From Octopus sinensis (Eukaryota): a stretch of DNA of 64,000 bases. Position numbers and translations under genes: made by a program. This document shows positions 36,494 to 49,586 of the stretch, in pieces. The stretch lies in the NCBI RefSeq assembly GCF_006345805.1, contig NW_021836180.1, positions 124,001 through 188,000 of the forward strand, in the 5' to 3' direction. The notes under the pieces are model-generated. The model did not search any database and was not told the origin of the DNA. It was given only the letters and a program-made list of their open reading frames with translations. How positions within the stretch are numbered: the first letter of the stretch is position 1; every line of letters starts with the position of its first letter.

Positions 36494-38792
36494 TTAGGCA
36501 ACCATTTTGTTTTTTATGAAGTTTGTAGCTTTTTCTAGTAACTTCTCTGAATACAGTGGTTGTATATTCTGAGATTCCAGCCACACAATTGCTTTCTTTT
36601 CAATAAATTCCCATTCACAGTGCTGGGAAGCTAATTTTTCTCTTAGTACAGCAACAACAAGAGCTGTAGCCCATACTTTATCACTAACAGATGGATTCTC
36701 ATCGTTCAGATCCTTAAGAGAAATATTGAGAGCTTGAGCCAATTGATCATCTAGATTCCAGAAAACAGAGAAAGCTTGTAGATCAACCAAACCTGTTAAA
36801 ATGTCCTTAATTGTTCCCTTTGAAGAGGTTAAGTCTGAGTGAGGTGACTGTCTTGAATTCTCAGCATTTATACTTAAGGAATTATTTATGGAAGCATACA
36901 TTCCAGCTATATCTTCTCTCGGACGTACTGGCATTGGCATAGAGTGTTGTAAAACTCTGTTGTAAAACTTACGGAACATTCTTACTATTGCAGGAACATT
37001 CTTACTACGAGAACGCCTGGCTTTAGGTGTAAATGCCCTAGAGACTGTTTGAATAGCAACTGGAACATGTTCATCCAAAGCAACAAAACTTGTGTACTTT
37101 GAAACTAAATTAGCCATTGTACCCAAATCGATAATCTCTGATTTTATTTCATCACCTTTACCCAAATCTTCATTTAATTCCAATTCCTGTATTTTCCTTT
37201 TCACACAAAGACGGTGTATTGTCATTTCCTTATTATTCTGTCCCAACAACCTTGCTTCAAAATCAAGTGAAAAGTCTGATTCACCAATTTTACCACAAAG
37301 ATTCAATTTCACATTTTTGCAACTAGTCTCAGCTTCATGCAAAACTAGATAAAGGATTAAATTTTCTTCACTGAAAATACATGGCAGCCTTTCTGGAACT
37401 GAAATAAAGGATAATTCTTTATTGTTTTCACCATGTTTAGCAGAGAGACAAACCGAAGATACAAATGGTTGCATTGACAATTTTAATAAACGCATAACTT
37501 TTGCCTTAAGGTTGTCGTTTGTCATCACAAACTCTGCTTGTCCCTTCCCTGCGCGGGCAATACCTTTGACCAATTCTGTAGAAGCTCCAGAACCAATACC
37601 AATTGTGAAGTATCGTGTGTTGTTTACTTGTGACTTGACCAATTGAATGACATCGTTTGTGCTGTAGACTTCACCATCAGTTATTAAGAATACTTGTCGA
37701 TGGAAATTTTGAAATGGTTTTTTGTCAGAGAGTGATTTCAGTGCACTAAGAATTTCTGTTCCTCCTGAAGCATATAGATTTTTCTGGAATTTCAATGCTT
37801 CATTCAGAGAATCTTCACTATATTCTTGGCTTCCTTCTTTGAACAGAAATTCAAAATCATTATTGAAGCTGATAGCATTAAATGAGCAACCCAAAGGTAA
37901 ACCTTTTAAGAAAAGTAACAAGGTATCTTTTGCTGCTTCAATTTTCTCTCCACTCATGCTTCCTGAGCAATCAATAACAAAAATATAGTCATTAGCGGCA
38001 GATTGTTTTACTTGCGGAAGTTCTGGAAACACATTTATCATCATAATATCTTTAGAAAACATTCCTTTAGAATTCTCATCTCCTTTCTCTAAAATTACTT
38101 GTGGTTTTTCTACATCTTCATAGTACACTTGCAGAAGAAGGTCTTTCTCAAAATTGAATTCCTTTGCCATTCTCACAGTAGCATGACACTTGTTATCCTG
38201 ATATTCCACGTTAACTGGATGTTCTGATTTGATGTCTTTGATTTGTGAATTCCAGTTGACGGAGGCATTGAAACTAAACTCTTGGTTTAGGTGCATTTTG
38301 ATAATTTTCATCTGCAGGTTTAAGACCATATCTGGGATTAAGCACAAATGGCATATGAAATTTCACTGCCCCATCAACTTCACAAGAAAGTTCAGAAACA
38401 AGGCATATTTGTAAATGGATCTTTTCATTTGCTGGAATATTACCTAAACTATACTCAAAAATATCGCCAGATGTACTTGTCTCTCGCAACAAAATGGCAG
38501 ACTGACCTTTATCTACAGCTTCTTTGTATTCCTTTTTGGCAACATCTTTGTCTTTAGATTTGGCAACTAAATGGACATCACCAATTTTAGCTTCGAATTT
38601 ATATACGGCACTGTCTTCTTCCACAGGGAAAACAAACTTAGCTTCTGTTTTGTGTTGGCTTTCATTTATATATTCAGCCTCGATGTTGACGTGTGACGTA
38701 AAACCATTAATGGAAATCGTGTGTGTGGCATAGAGAAGAGAAACCTTTGTTTTATTTTCACAGATGATTCCAAATACCATTAAACAATCCAT
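36494..38792 (-). CDS. VWA5A: VWA5A-like copy C, 2-bp frameshift at ~38282 (766 aa if repaired); pseudogene or sequencing error
   Basis: ORFs 38274..38831 (likely ATG at 38792, MDCLMVFG) and 36494..38347 join if 2 T are restored (CTCTTGG vs CTCTTTTGG in B/D). MIDAS reads DCSGS. Confidence 0.85.
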
Positions 38793-38808
38793 ATTGTATT
38801 TAAAATAC

Positions 38809-38830
38809 CTGTATAGAAAAAAAATAAACA
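38809..38830 (-). other. Splice acceptor upstream of copy C (unrelated to the B/D acceptor)
   Basis: Minus strand TGTTTATTTTTTTTCTATACAG|GTATTTTAAATACAAT-ATG. Confidence 0.65.
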
Positions 38831-39147
38831 AAAATTAATGCAAAAAACCCCCAAAAATGGAATTATTGAGGATCCTGATGATAATTACATGTAAAGATCA
38901 AAATAGGAAAAAAATTCATATATAAATATGGCATGTTAGTCATGATTGCCACTTGTAACATGTCACCTAGTACAGTCTGTACCATATCTGAACTGTCAAC
39001 GACTAAACTGGCAAAAACACCAAGAGTGCTTGGTGGGTAGGATGCTATCTGGATGCATTGAAGGATGTAAAATCTGTCAAAGACCTGCCAAAGGTTTGGT
39101 GAAGTGAAGAGAGGCACAGGCCATTCAATTACATAAAATTTATATAC

Positions 39148-39780
39148 ATTGATCCCTTGCTACTACGCAGTTCAACTATCGCAGATTTTTAAAATATATA
39201 TATATGAACACCTAAAATTTTTCATTTAATCCATTAAAATATTAATAATAAATATTATTTACTAGTCTAGGAACAACAAAACAAGCATAAAATAGCAAAA
39301 AAGCATATACAGGGGTATTTGAACTTAAGACAGGCTGTGATTGGTGCAATGGAGAGAGATGATGAATTGCAGCTTTCTATTTTGTAATCTGGCCTGTGAT
39401 TGGTGCTTTGTCTGACGCTCAGATCTGCAGCATCTTCCCTTTCGCGGCCATTTCGCTTCAGGCTTTCTCGCTTAGTGGTTTACTGTACTATTTTACGCTG
39501 TGCAGTGTGTAATTCTTTTTGTTTCTTTGTGTTGAATTTTGCATTTTCATCCCCTGCAATGGCTCCCAAGCGTGCTGCTTCTTCCAAGGCTGATACTGAG
39601 CCTAAATGCAAACGAAGAATGATGTCGATTGCTGAGAAGGTGAAACTTCTGGATATGTTGAAGGAAGGGAGAACTTTCGCTGCCATTTTAGCGTGAACAG
39701 ATCCACTGTTCACTACATCAAGAAGGATGAGGCTAACATTAGGAAAACGGCTGCCATCACCTTTAATATGTCGGTGAAGA
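39148..39780 (+). mobile_element. Tigger/pogo DNA transposon 5' fragment
   Basis: TIR-like GATCCCTTGCTACTACGCAGTTCAACTATCGCAG. From the ATG at 39559: MAPKRAASSK..KRRMMSIAEKVKLLDMLKEGRTFAA..NRSTVHYIKKDEANIR, a CENP-B-type HTH, frameshifted and truncated. Confidence 0.8.
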
Positions 39781-40224
39781 CATTTGACTTTGCTAACACT
39801 GAATATGGATTCCATAAGTTTTGTGATAAAACTCTTCCAACATATTCCTGTGTCTTACAACACTACCCAACAAGTTGTACATTTGGTCTTTAGAGTTTGT
39901 TCTATATTATCCCATCATGAAACTAAAATGGATTCATCATAATTTTCATTCTTTTACGCGTTTCAGTTATTAAACTCCAACCATACTGGGGCACTGACTT
40001 GAAGATGTGAGTAGAGCAAATCTCTTAACAGAAATCCAGAATAAGATGTACACATAAATGTCAAGGCTTTTCAAATAGTTTCTAATATCATAAGAATGAT
40101 AGTAATGATGAACCAAGATAAAATACAGATGTGATAAACGTAGGATAGAGTTTTATACAATTATTTGTCTCAGATATTTATTTATTAAACCCTGTTTCTT
40201 TAAAGAATTTCTAATGACAAAAGA

Positions 40225-40783
40225 TGAGTCTATCGTGAATATTGTCGTGCCACCTTCCTTGAAACTGGAAGGAAGAACCATTTTCATTGTACTTGTGGCT
40301 ATAGTGAAAGAATGTGTATGTGTATTATTTGAAGAGGAAGGTGAGAGTAGAGAGGGAAGTTTTGTCTAGTGAATGTTTAAAAAAAAGATGGGTGAATGTA
40401 GCAAGGATGGCATGTGTGAATGACAGAGCCAGCTTGAGCATAATCCTACGAACCAAAAAAAAAAAAGGGGAAAAGAGAGCCACTTACTGTAATGTGTTTA
40501 TTTTTGCATGACACTATTGCCGAAGGTTTTCGTGGTCTTTTCTGTAGGCTTTTCTTTCCATGGATAAACTTAATCTGTTTTCTCTTTTTACATTGACATT
40601 TCTGTGATACACGATCCCTATTGATTACACTCCCACCACCATTTTTTTTTTTCACGATCCCTTTTGATCGGAATTCGACCAACTTTTTTTTCTTCTTTTC
40701 TTCTTCTTCCCCAAAAGAAAAGCTCTACTTTGTATTTTTTCCCCTCTGTATTTCAGTCCTGTGTGGCCAGTAAAGAAACATAT
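40225..40783 (+). mobile_element. 5'-truncated L1/Tx1-like LINE, absent from unit 1
   Basis: ORF2 C-terminus-like text (ESIVNIVVPP..IFIVLVAIVKECV..LKRKVRVERE..KKRWVNVARM) and a T-rich 3' UTR. Imperfect TSD TAATGACAAAAGA/TAATGACCGAAGA. Empty site at ~11477-11490. Confidence 0.6.
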
Positions 40784-41388
40784 AATGACCGAAGACAATG
40801 TGAACCTACAGCTAAATAATGATTGTTTTCCTCAATTTAGTAGTGTTAAATGCTGAGAACTCTGTTTAAATATCTCTAACTAATTCTCTACCATATCTCT
40901 GCTGAATTGCATTGCCTTTGTTCCAATTAATTTTCAAAATAATGAAGAATTTAGTGATATAACTTTGTCATTATTAAGCTGGTGTTTTAGGGCAGCAAGC
41001 TGGCAGAATCTTTAGCACCCTGGGCAAAATGCTTTGCGGTATTTCATCTGTCATCACATTCTAAGTTCAAATTCTACCAAGGTCGACTTTGCTCATCATC
41101 CTTTCGGGGTCGATCAAATAAGTACCAGTTACGTACTGGGGTCGATGTAATCGACTTAATCTCTTCCCACAAATTTGAGGCCTTGTACTTCCAGTAGAAA
41201 GGATTACTAAACTGGTGTTTGGGACATAAATTAGAATAATATTTTGATGGAAGGTTACAATTTAGATAACATAAAAGTAAGAAGTTTGTCACAGAACCTG
41301 CAAAGTCTTGGAAATATATTCACACTTGATACACACAAAAAAAAATAAATAATAATAATAACACAAAATCAACAATTACAGGATTATG

Positions 41389-41720
41389 TTACGTTCATAT
41401 ATTTGATGAGCAAGATTTTTTTATGTGAAGTTGTGTGTTGAAACATAGACGCACATAGAGATATACACATGCGCAAATGAAGACACATACAATAGAAACA
41501 CAAAATGGCTGACAGTTAGTAAGGTGAGACACAAATAAGAAAGAAGAAAGCAAAGGACCACTGATGTGGTCACAGGAGTGTGACGAAAGAACTCTGGCCG
41601 AAATAAGATTAAGATTAATGTAAAAAATAAATAACACTGAAGCAAAGTAACACCAAATATATAGTGCGTGTGTTTTTATTGGCTAAACTGGCAAAATGAC
41701 CATTCCGAAATACAACAATA
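41389..41720 (+). mobile_element. Penelope-like fragment with a degenerate hammerhead, absent downstream of copy B
   Basis: Flanked by duplicated AGGATTATG. Contains CTGATGT-G-GTCACA-GGAG-TGTGAC-GAAA and ends ...CCGAAATACAACA. Confidence 0.45.
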
Positions 41721-41895
41721 TAGGATTATGGCTTTATATTTTATTATATTTTATAGCTGTATAGATATATGAAATATTTGTTTACAGATATTTTAGAGGA
41801 ATTAGTAAAGTATTGATATATAAGTTAAAATGTTAAGGTATTTTTCTCAGTTATACAGTAGTGAAAGTTTTAATATATGAAATAAACAGAAATCG

Positions 41896-44282
41896 CTAGG
41901 CAACCATTTTGTTTTTTATGAAGTTTGTAGCTTTTTCTAGTAACTTCTCTGAATTCATTGGTTGTATATTCTGAGATTCCAGCCACTCAATTGCTTTCTT
42001 TTCCATTAATTCCCATTCACAATGCTGGGAAGCTAATTTTTCTCTTAGTACAGCAACAACAAGAGCTGTAGCCCATACTTTATCACTAATAGATGGATTC
42101 TCTTTGTTCAGATCCTTAAGAGAAATACTGAGAGCTTGAGCCAACTGATCGTCTAGATTCCAGAAACCAGAGAAAGCTTGTAGACCAACCAAACATGTTA
42201 AAATATCTTTATTTGTTGACCCAGAAGACATAAAGGATTCCTCATCAGTCACACGTCGTACTTTAAATGGGGGAGGCATGCAACTTGAATCCACAGAATC
42301 AGCACCAAAAGAATCACCATCATCAGAGTCATCCTCCAATTCATCATCAATGTCATCTACTCTTTCAGCAACTACAGAATTTTGATTGTATGCTTGTGGT
42401 GAAGCTAAACACATCATTGGCATGCAACGCCTTTTCATAAATTCTGGAACATGTTTCTTCACACCAAACGCTTTTATTCGTGACGAAGAAACATAACCAC
42501 ACATGGCACTACGTGTTGGAGCTACCAGAGAGGCCATTTGAAAATCCAATCGAACATGTTCATCCAAACCAACAAAACTTGTGTACTTTGAAACTAAATT
42601 AGCCATTGTACCCAAATCGATAATCTCTGATTTTATTTCATCACCTTTACCCAAATCTTCATTTAATTCCAATTCCTGTATTTTCTTTTCACACAAAGAC
42701 GGTGTATTGTCATTTCCTTATTATTCTGTCCCAACAGACTTGCTTCAAAATCAAGTGAAAAGTCTGTTTCACCAATTTTACCACAAAGATTCAATTTCAC
42801 ATTTTTGCAACTAGTCTCAGCTTCATGCAAAACTAGATACAGGATTAATTTTTCTTCACTGAAAATACATGGCAGCCTTTCTGGAACTGAAATAAAGGAT
42901 AATTCTTTATTGTTTTCACCATGTTTAGCAGAGAGACAAACCGAAGATACAAATGGTTGCATTGACAATTTTAATAAACGCATAACTTTTGCCTTAAGGT
43001 TGTCATTTGTCATCACAAACTCTGCTTGTCCCTTCCCTGCGCGGGCAATACCTTTGACCAATTCTGTAGAAGCTCCAGAACCAATACCAATTGTGAAGTA
43101 TCGTGTGTTGTTTACTTGTGACTTGACCAATTGAATGACATCGTTTGTGTTGTAGACTTCACCATCAGTTATTAAGAATGCTTGTCGATGGAAATTTTGA
43201 AATGGTTTTTTGACAGAGAGTGATTTCAGTGCACTAAGAATTTCTGTCCCTCCCGAAGCAAATAGATTTTTCTGGAATTTCAATGCTTCATTCAGAGAAT
43301 CTTCACTATATTCTCGGCTTCCTTCTTTGAACAGAAATTCAAAATCATTATTGAAGCTGATAACATTAAATGAGCAACCCAAAGGTAAACTTTTTAAGAA
43401 AAGTAACAAAGTATCTTTTGCTGCTTCAATTTTCTCTCCACTCATGCTTCCTGAGCGATCAATAACAAAAATATAATCATTAGCGGCAGTTTGTTTTACT
43501 TGCGGAAGTTCTGGAAACACATTTATCATCATAATATCTTTAGAAAACATTCCTTTAGAATTCTCATCTCCTTTCTCTAAAATTACTTGTGGTTTTTCTA
43601 CATCTTCATAGTACACTTGCAGAAGAAGGTCTTTCTCAAAATTGAATTCCTTTGCCATTCTCACAGTAGCATGACACTTGTTATCCTGATATTCCACGTT
43701 AACTGGATGTTCTGATTTGATGTCTTTGATTTGTGAATTCCAGTTGACGGAGGCATTGAAACTAAACTCTTTTGGTTTAGGTGCATTTTGATAATTTTCA
43801 TCTGCAGGTTTAAGACCATATCTGGGATTAAGCACAAATGGCATATGAAATTTCACTGCCCCATCAACTTCACAAGAAAGTTCAGAAACAAGGCATATTT
43901 GTAAACGGATCTTTTCATTTGCTGGAATATTACCTAAACTATACTCAAAAATATCGCCAGATGTACTTGTCTCTCGCAACAAAATGGCAGACTGACCTTT
44001 ATCTACAGCTTGTTTGTATTCCTTTTTGGCAACATCTTTGTCTTTAGATTTGGCAACTAAATGGACATCACCAATTTTAGCTTCGAATTTATATACGGCA
44101 CTGTCTTCTTCCACAGGGAAAACAAACTTAGCTTCTGTCTTGTGTTGGCTTTCATTTATATATTCAGCCTCGATGTTGACGTGTGACGTAAAACCATTAA
44201 TGGAAATCGTGTGTGTGGCATAGAGAAGAGAAACCTTTGTTTTATTTTCACAGATGATTCCAAATACCATTAGTCTATTCAT
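41896..44282 (-). CDS. VWA5A: VWA5A-like copy D, 1-bp frameshift at ~42685 (795 aa if repaired); pseudogene or sequencing error
   Basis: ORFs 42663..44282 and 41896..42696 join if one C is restored (TTTTCTTTTC here vs TTTTCCTTTTC in the other copies). 10 aa differences from B over the first ~533 aa, plus a unique acidic linker. Confidence 0.85.
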
Positions 44283-46376
44283 GTTTGCAATGAAAGTGCT
44301 AGATAAAATAGAAGGAGAAACATCTTATTTAGAAATGATATATACATGTTGCATTTAAAAGGTTATTTTATTTTTGGTGAGAGATGATAGTGCTAAGTAA
44401 ATATGACTTCTAATTGCCAGGTCCATTGACAGCAGTTATCCTGATAATGTTCTTGGAGGTGCACATGTATGTGTGTGTGGAAGTATGAAGAATCTATTAC
44501 CACTGCTGTTGCTGCTACAACTCCTACTACTACAAAAAGTACTGTTGCCACTGGTTGTGCCCTTGTGCTGGTGAATGAGGTAGAGATGGTACACAAATGA
44601 TGACAATGTTGTCAGAGACAATCATATTTTGCTCCAGCTTGACCTTGTTCCTCCACAATGATAGTGAAAAGTGTATTGCCCATGACAATCCCATCTCTGT
44701 ACATGCACAGCTTATCTAGTTCTACATTATATAGTGTGATCCTCCTCATTTAGAGATGGCTGAGTGTGATATGAGGGAGAATTTGTTACTGTTTCTTGTT
44801 GGTATGTTATTGTTGTTGAAACTTAAGTCAAACCTAAACAGACAAAACTATAATAAAAATAAATTCTAGTCACAATCAAGCCATCTCTCATGACACAGTT
44901 TATCTTAGACTATATCATCCTATGTGTTCTTCCTATGTTTTAAAGACTGCAGGTCATGACTTGAGAGAGGTGCTTGTTACTTATAGCAGGTCAATAAACC
45001 CCATAGTGTATATTGAATTGGCTCATTATGTTTACTGTTGTTGTTGTTGTTATCATCATCATTATCATCATCATCAAAGCGGCAAACTCGCAGAATCGTT
45101 AGCATGCTGGGTGAAATGCTTAGCCGTATTTTGTCTGCTGCTATGTTCTGATTTCAAATTCTGGTCAACTTTGTTTTTCATCCTTTCCGAGTCGATAAAT
45201 TAAGTACCAGTTAAACACTGGGGTCAATGTAATCAACTAGTCCCCTCCCACTAAATTTCAGGATTATTATTATTATTATGTGAAGGTGCAAGGCTCAGTG
45301 GTTAGAGCATCGAGCTTACAATCGTGAGGTTGTGAGTTCAAATCCTGGAGCGGGCTGCGTGTTGTGTTCTTGAGCAAGACACTTTATTTCACGTTGCTCT
45401 AGTTCACTGAGCTGTAGAAATGAGTTGTGACGTCACAGGTGCCAAGCTGTAATGGCCTTTGCCTTTCCCTTGGATAACACTGGTGGTGTGGAGAGGGGAG
45501 GCTGGTATGCATGGGCGACTGCCGGTCTTCCATAAACAACCTTGCCCGGACTTGTGCCTGAGAGGGTAACTTTCAAGGTGCAATCCCATGGTCAGTCATG
45601 ACCGAAGAGGGTCTCAGCTCAGCATTATTATTATTATCATAATTATTATTAAGGCAGTGAGCAGGCAGAATCGTTAGCATACCAGGCGAAATGCTAACCA
45701 GTATTTTACTTGTCTTCACAGTCTGAGTTTAAATTCTGCCAAGGTTGGCTTTGCCTTTCATCCTCTTAGGGTCAATAAAATAAGTACCAGTTGATCATCG
45801 GTGTTTACATTGATCACTGGAGTCGATGTAGTGTACTTCCCCTTTCCCTGAAAACTGCTGGCCTTGTGCCAAAATTTGAAACTATTATCATTTTTTGTCA
45901 GGGCATGGATTGGTAGAATCACTGGCGCATGGGGTAAAATGTTATGTGTTGTTTCTTCTGGCTCTTTATGTCCTGAGTTCAAATCCCACCAAGGTCAATT
46001 TTGCCTTTATTCTTTCAGATTCAACAAAATCAAGAAACAGTTAAATACTGGTGTCCATGGTACCAATTAAGCCCCTTCTACTCCCATTTCAAAATTTCAG
46101 GCCCTTTGCCCACATTAGAAATTATGATTTGTATTAATTATTATCTCGTCAGTGATGAGTGAGCAGACTCGTTAGAATGTTGAACAAAATATTTAGTGGT
46201 ATTTCATTCAGCTCTTTATTTTCTGAATTGAAATTTTGCTGAGGTCAGCTTGGCCTTCCATGTAGTGGAGGGTTGAGAAATCCAAGTACCAGTCATGTAT
46301 TGAGGTTAATGTAACCAATAATCTCCTGCCACTAAAACTGCTGGCCTTGTGCCAAAATCTGAAATCATTATCTGTG

Positions 46377-46410
<34 letters not shown>

Positions 46411-48821
46411 CAGTAGTAGTACAAATGGGAGTAGTAGAAGCAGCAGCTTTAGTCATTTTTATTTTAGCTCAGACATGATTAAGGTAACCTAATTTCAAAG
46501 GTATTCTAACCATTAAAATCCTGTCTTTTTGTTAATTGAAGGAGGCTTGGCACTAGTTCTAGCATGTTGAGTGACTACATAGCATAAGAATGAAAGTAAT
46601 TTTAAGGAATGCTCTCAAAAGCTATTCAAATAAACTGATATTGCCCTCAAATTTCGAAATGCATAAAAATACAGCAATCGGTCATAGACTCATGTCATGT
46701 ATTAATTATATATACTCTTCTACTTGTTTCAGTCATTTGACTGTGGCCATGCTGGAGCACCGCCTTAAGTCGAACAAATCGACCCCAGGACTTATTCTTT
46801 GTAAGCCTAGTACTTATTCTATTGGTCTCTTTTGCTGAACTGCTAAGTTACGGGGATGTAAACACACCACCATCGGTTGTCAAGCTATGTTGGGGAGAAC
46901 AAACACAAACACATAAACACTCACACAAGTATACATATATATATATATATACGACGGGCTTAGTTTCCATCTACCAAATCCACTCACAAGGCTTTGGTTG
47001 GCCCGAGGCTATAGTAGAAGGCACTTGCCCGAGGTGCCATGCAGTGGGAATGAACCTGGAACCATGTGGTTGGTAAGCAAACTACTTAGCTCACAGCCAC
47101 TCCTGCACCTATATAAAAAATGAAATATGCAGCATGTTGACAGAGCAGCTAACTGGCTTCCATACCAGTGGCACATAAAAAGCACCATTCGCGTGTGATC
47201 GTTACCAGTATTGCCTTACTAGCACTTGTGCGCGTGCTAGTAGGGTGCCAAGAGCACCATCCGAGTGTGATTGTTGCCACAGGGCACCATTCATGCATGA
47301 ACGTTACCAGCGCGGCCTTACTGGCACCTGTGCCGGTAGCACGTGTAAAAAGATTCGAGCGAGGTCATTGCCAGTACCGCCTGACTGGCCTCCGTGCAGA
47401 TGGCATGTAAAAAGCACTCACTACACTCTCGGAGTGGTTGGCGTTAGGAATGGCATCCAGCTGTAGAAACTCTGCCAGATCAAGATTGGAGCCCGGTGCA
47501 GCCATCTGGTTTGCCAGCCCTCAGTCAAAATCGTCCAACCCGTGCTAGCATGGAAAGCGGACGTTAAACGATAATGATGATGATGATGTGAATTTCGTGC
47601 GCAGAAACTGTGTGGAAGCCATCTTTGTGTCTGAGTATAATATATATATGAATATATGTGTGTGTGTTTGTGTGTATGAGCACAGGTGTAGCTGTGTGGT
47701 AAGAAGTTTGCTTCCCAACCATATGCTTCTAGGTTCAGTCCCACAGGGTGGAACATTTGAGCAAATGTCTTCTACTATAGCCTCGGGGACAAGTGAAGCC
47801 TAATAAGTGGATTTGGTAGACAGAATCAGAAAGAAGCACAGTGTGTGTATGTGTGTGTGAGAGAGAGAGTATTTCTTTATTCACCATAAGGTTGAGAAAA
47901 AGAGGGGACAAAACAAACGTTGGGGTCAGGGTATCGAATGAGACGAAACGTATGAATAAACAAACAATTAAAATCTATACAATTAAATGAGAATGAGTGA
48001 ATAACAAAAAATGAAGCAGAGGACGCAGTTGACCCCACAAACCCCATACTCACACTGAAGACTTTGCTTTCTCCTTTTTTACATTCTCAATTAAACAGGT
48101 TCTTTCACTCGCAACATATTTGCTATAGACTTCTATCTTTTACGAAACACACTTTGCGACAGGCATTTCTTCTCCAGCCTTATTTTCCGTTTCATGTGGA
48201 AAACGAAAAAGTTGATTAGCTGGAGACTGGAGATAAACATGCCTGTTGCAATTCCTTTTACTCTCGTCTTCTTTCACCATAGCAACTACCGAGAGAAAAC
48301 AGGCTCGCTCCTCCCTAAGAGTCCGTGTATCTCCTTTTGTCCTCCACCACAACTGGTGTTTGTTTGCTTAAGTGTATGTAACTTAGCAGTTCGACAAAAT
48401 AACCAACAGAATGAGAACCAGGGTTAAACAAAAAATATTGGAGTCAATTCGTTTGGCTAAAATCTCTTCAAGATGGTGCCCCAGTGTGGAATGACGTCAG
48501 CAGCTGGACGTCAGCAGCCGGGTGCGTTGACCGGAAGCTAGGGCAACCGGAAGGGGTCAGCGTCAGGCGTGCGCAGGGAGCGGGGAATTGCGCCCTTTCC
48601 AACGTGGGTCGTGGAGGTGACAAGACGTGTGAGGACGTCGCTAAGGGTTTGGGCTAGCAGCTGCTATCGTTAGTGTTCGGGTCGGGGCTGTGTGGAAGGA
48701 CTAGTCACCGCTGGAGGGTCTCCGTCACTAAGAAGAGAAGGTAGGTGCCTCTATATTCAAATCGCGCACACACTACAAGCTATTTCGGCCATTCTTAAAC
48801 ATTTACATTGTTTTCAACACG

Positions 48822-49586
48822 ATGTCCGCAAAAATTAGGATCGCCAGTGACGTCATCAGACCTTTTAATAGCGAAGGCGATGTAGTGGCCTGGATTCGCA
48901 AAATCAGGCTGGTGGCAAGACTGCAGGGCATAAGCGACGTGGCGAGTCTTATGGCGCTGTATTTAGAAGGGAGTGCGTTAACGCTATACCTAGAGATGGA
49001 TGAAGAGGAACGGCTCAGCGAGGAGAATATAGAGCGACGCTTGTGTGATGCCTACACGGAATGCGAGTACACAGCTTTTGCTAAGCTAGGTGCAATCAGG
49101 TGGACGGGAGGCCAAGTGGATGACTTTGCATCAGAAGTTAGAAGGCTGGCGACTCTGGCCGGGTTTGCGGGAGAGGGACTGGAGAGAGCAGCCCGATTGG
49201 CGTTCGTGAATGGGTTCCCCGACGATGTAGGGATTCACCTACAACGACTGCCCGGGGTTAAAAAGATGCCGTTGAGCGAACTTGTAGCTCAGGCTCGCGT
49301 GTTGACGAGACACTCTGGGCGGAAGGCGATAGCGATGGCGGTGACGGAGGCGCGTAAAGACGGACGACGTCCCGAGAAAGAGGTACAGAAGCTTACCGTG
49401 CAACGACAGCGGCCGTTCTCAGGACGGTGTTTTAGATGCCAGGGACCACACATGGCGCGGGACTGTATGCAGCCGGGGCCCGTTTGCTATCGATGCAGGC
49501 AGACAGGGCACATTGCCCGTGATTGCGACCAGGGAAACGACCGCGGGGAAATTGCTGCTTCTCGAACTTTCCCCTCAAATGAGTAG
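48822..49586 (+). CDS. gag: Gag with two CCHC zinc knuckles
   Basis: 254-aa ORF containing CFRCQGPHMARDC and CYRCRQTGHIARDC. Confidence 0.9.
   Translation: MSAKIRIASDVIRPFNSEGDVVAWIRKIRLVARLQGISDVASLMALYLEGSALTLYLEMDEEERLSEENIERRLCDAYTECEYTAFAKLGAIRWTGGQVDDFASEVRRLATLAGFAGEGLERAARLAFVNGFPDDVGIHLQRLPGVKKMPLSELVAQARVLTRHSGRKAIAMAVTEARKDGRRPEKEVQKLTVQRQRPFSGRCFRCQGPHMARDCMQPGPVCYRCRQTGHIARDCDQGNDRGEIAASRTFPSNE

Noticed and set aside
40478-40492. Minus-strand ACA|GTAAGT as a private donor for copy C
   Set aside because: It lies inside the unit-2-specific LINE fragment with no visible promoter. It cannot be excluded without RNA data but has no support.
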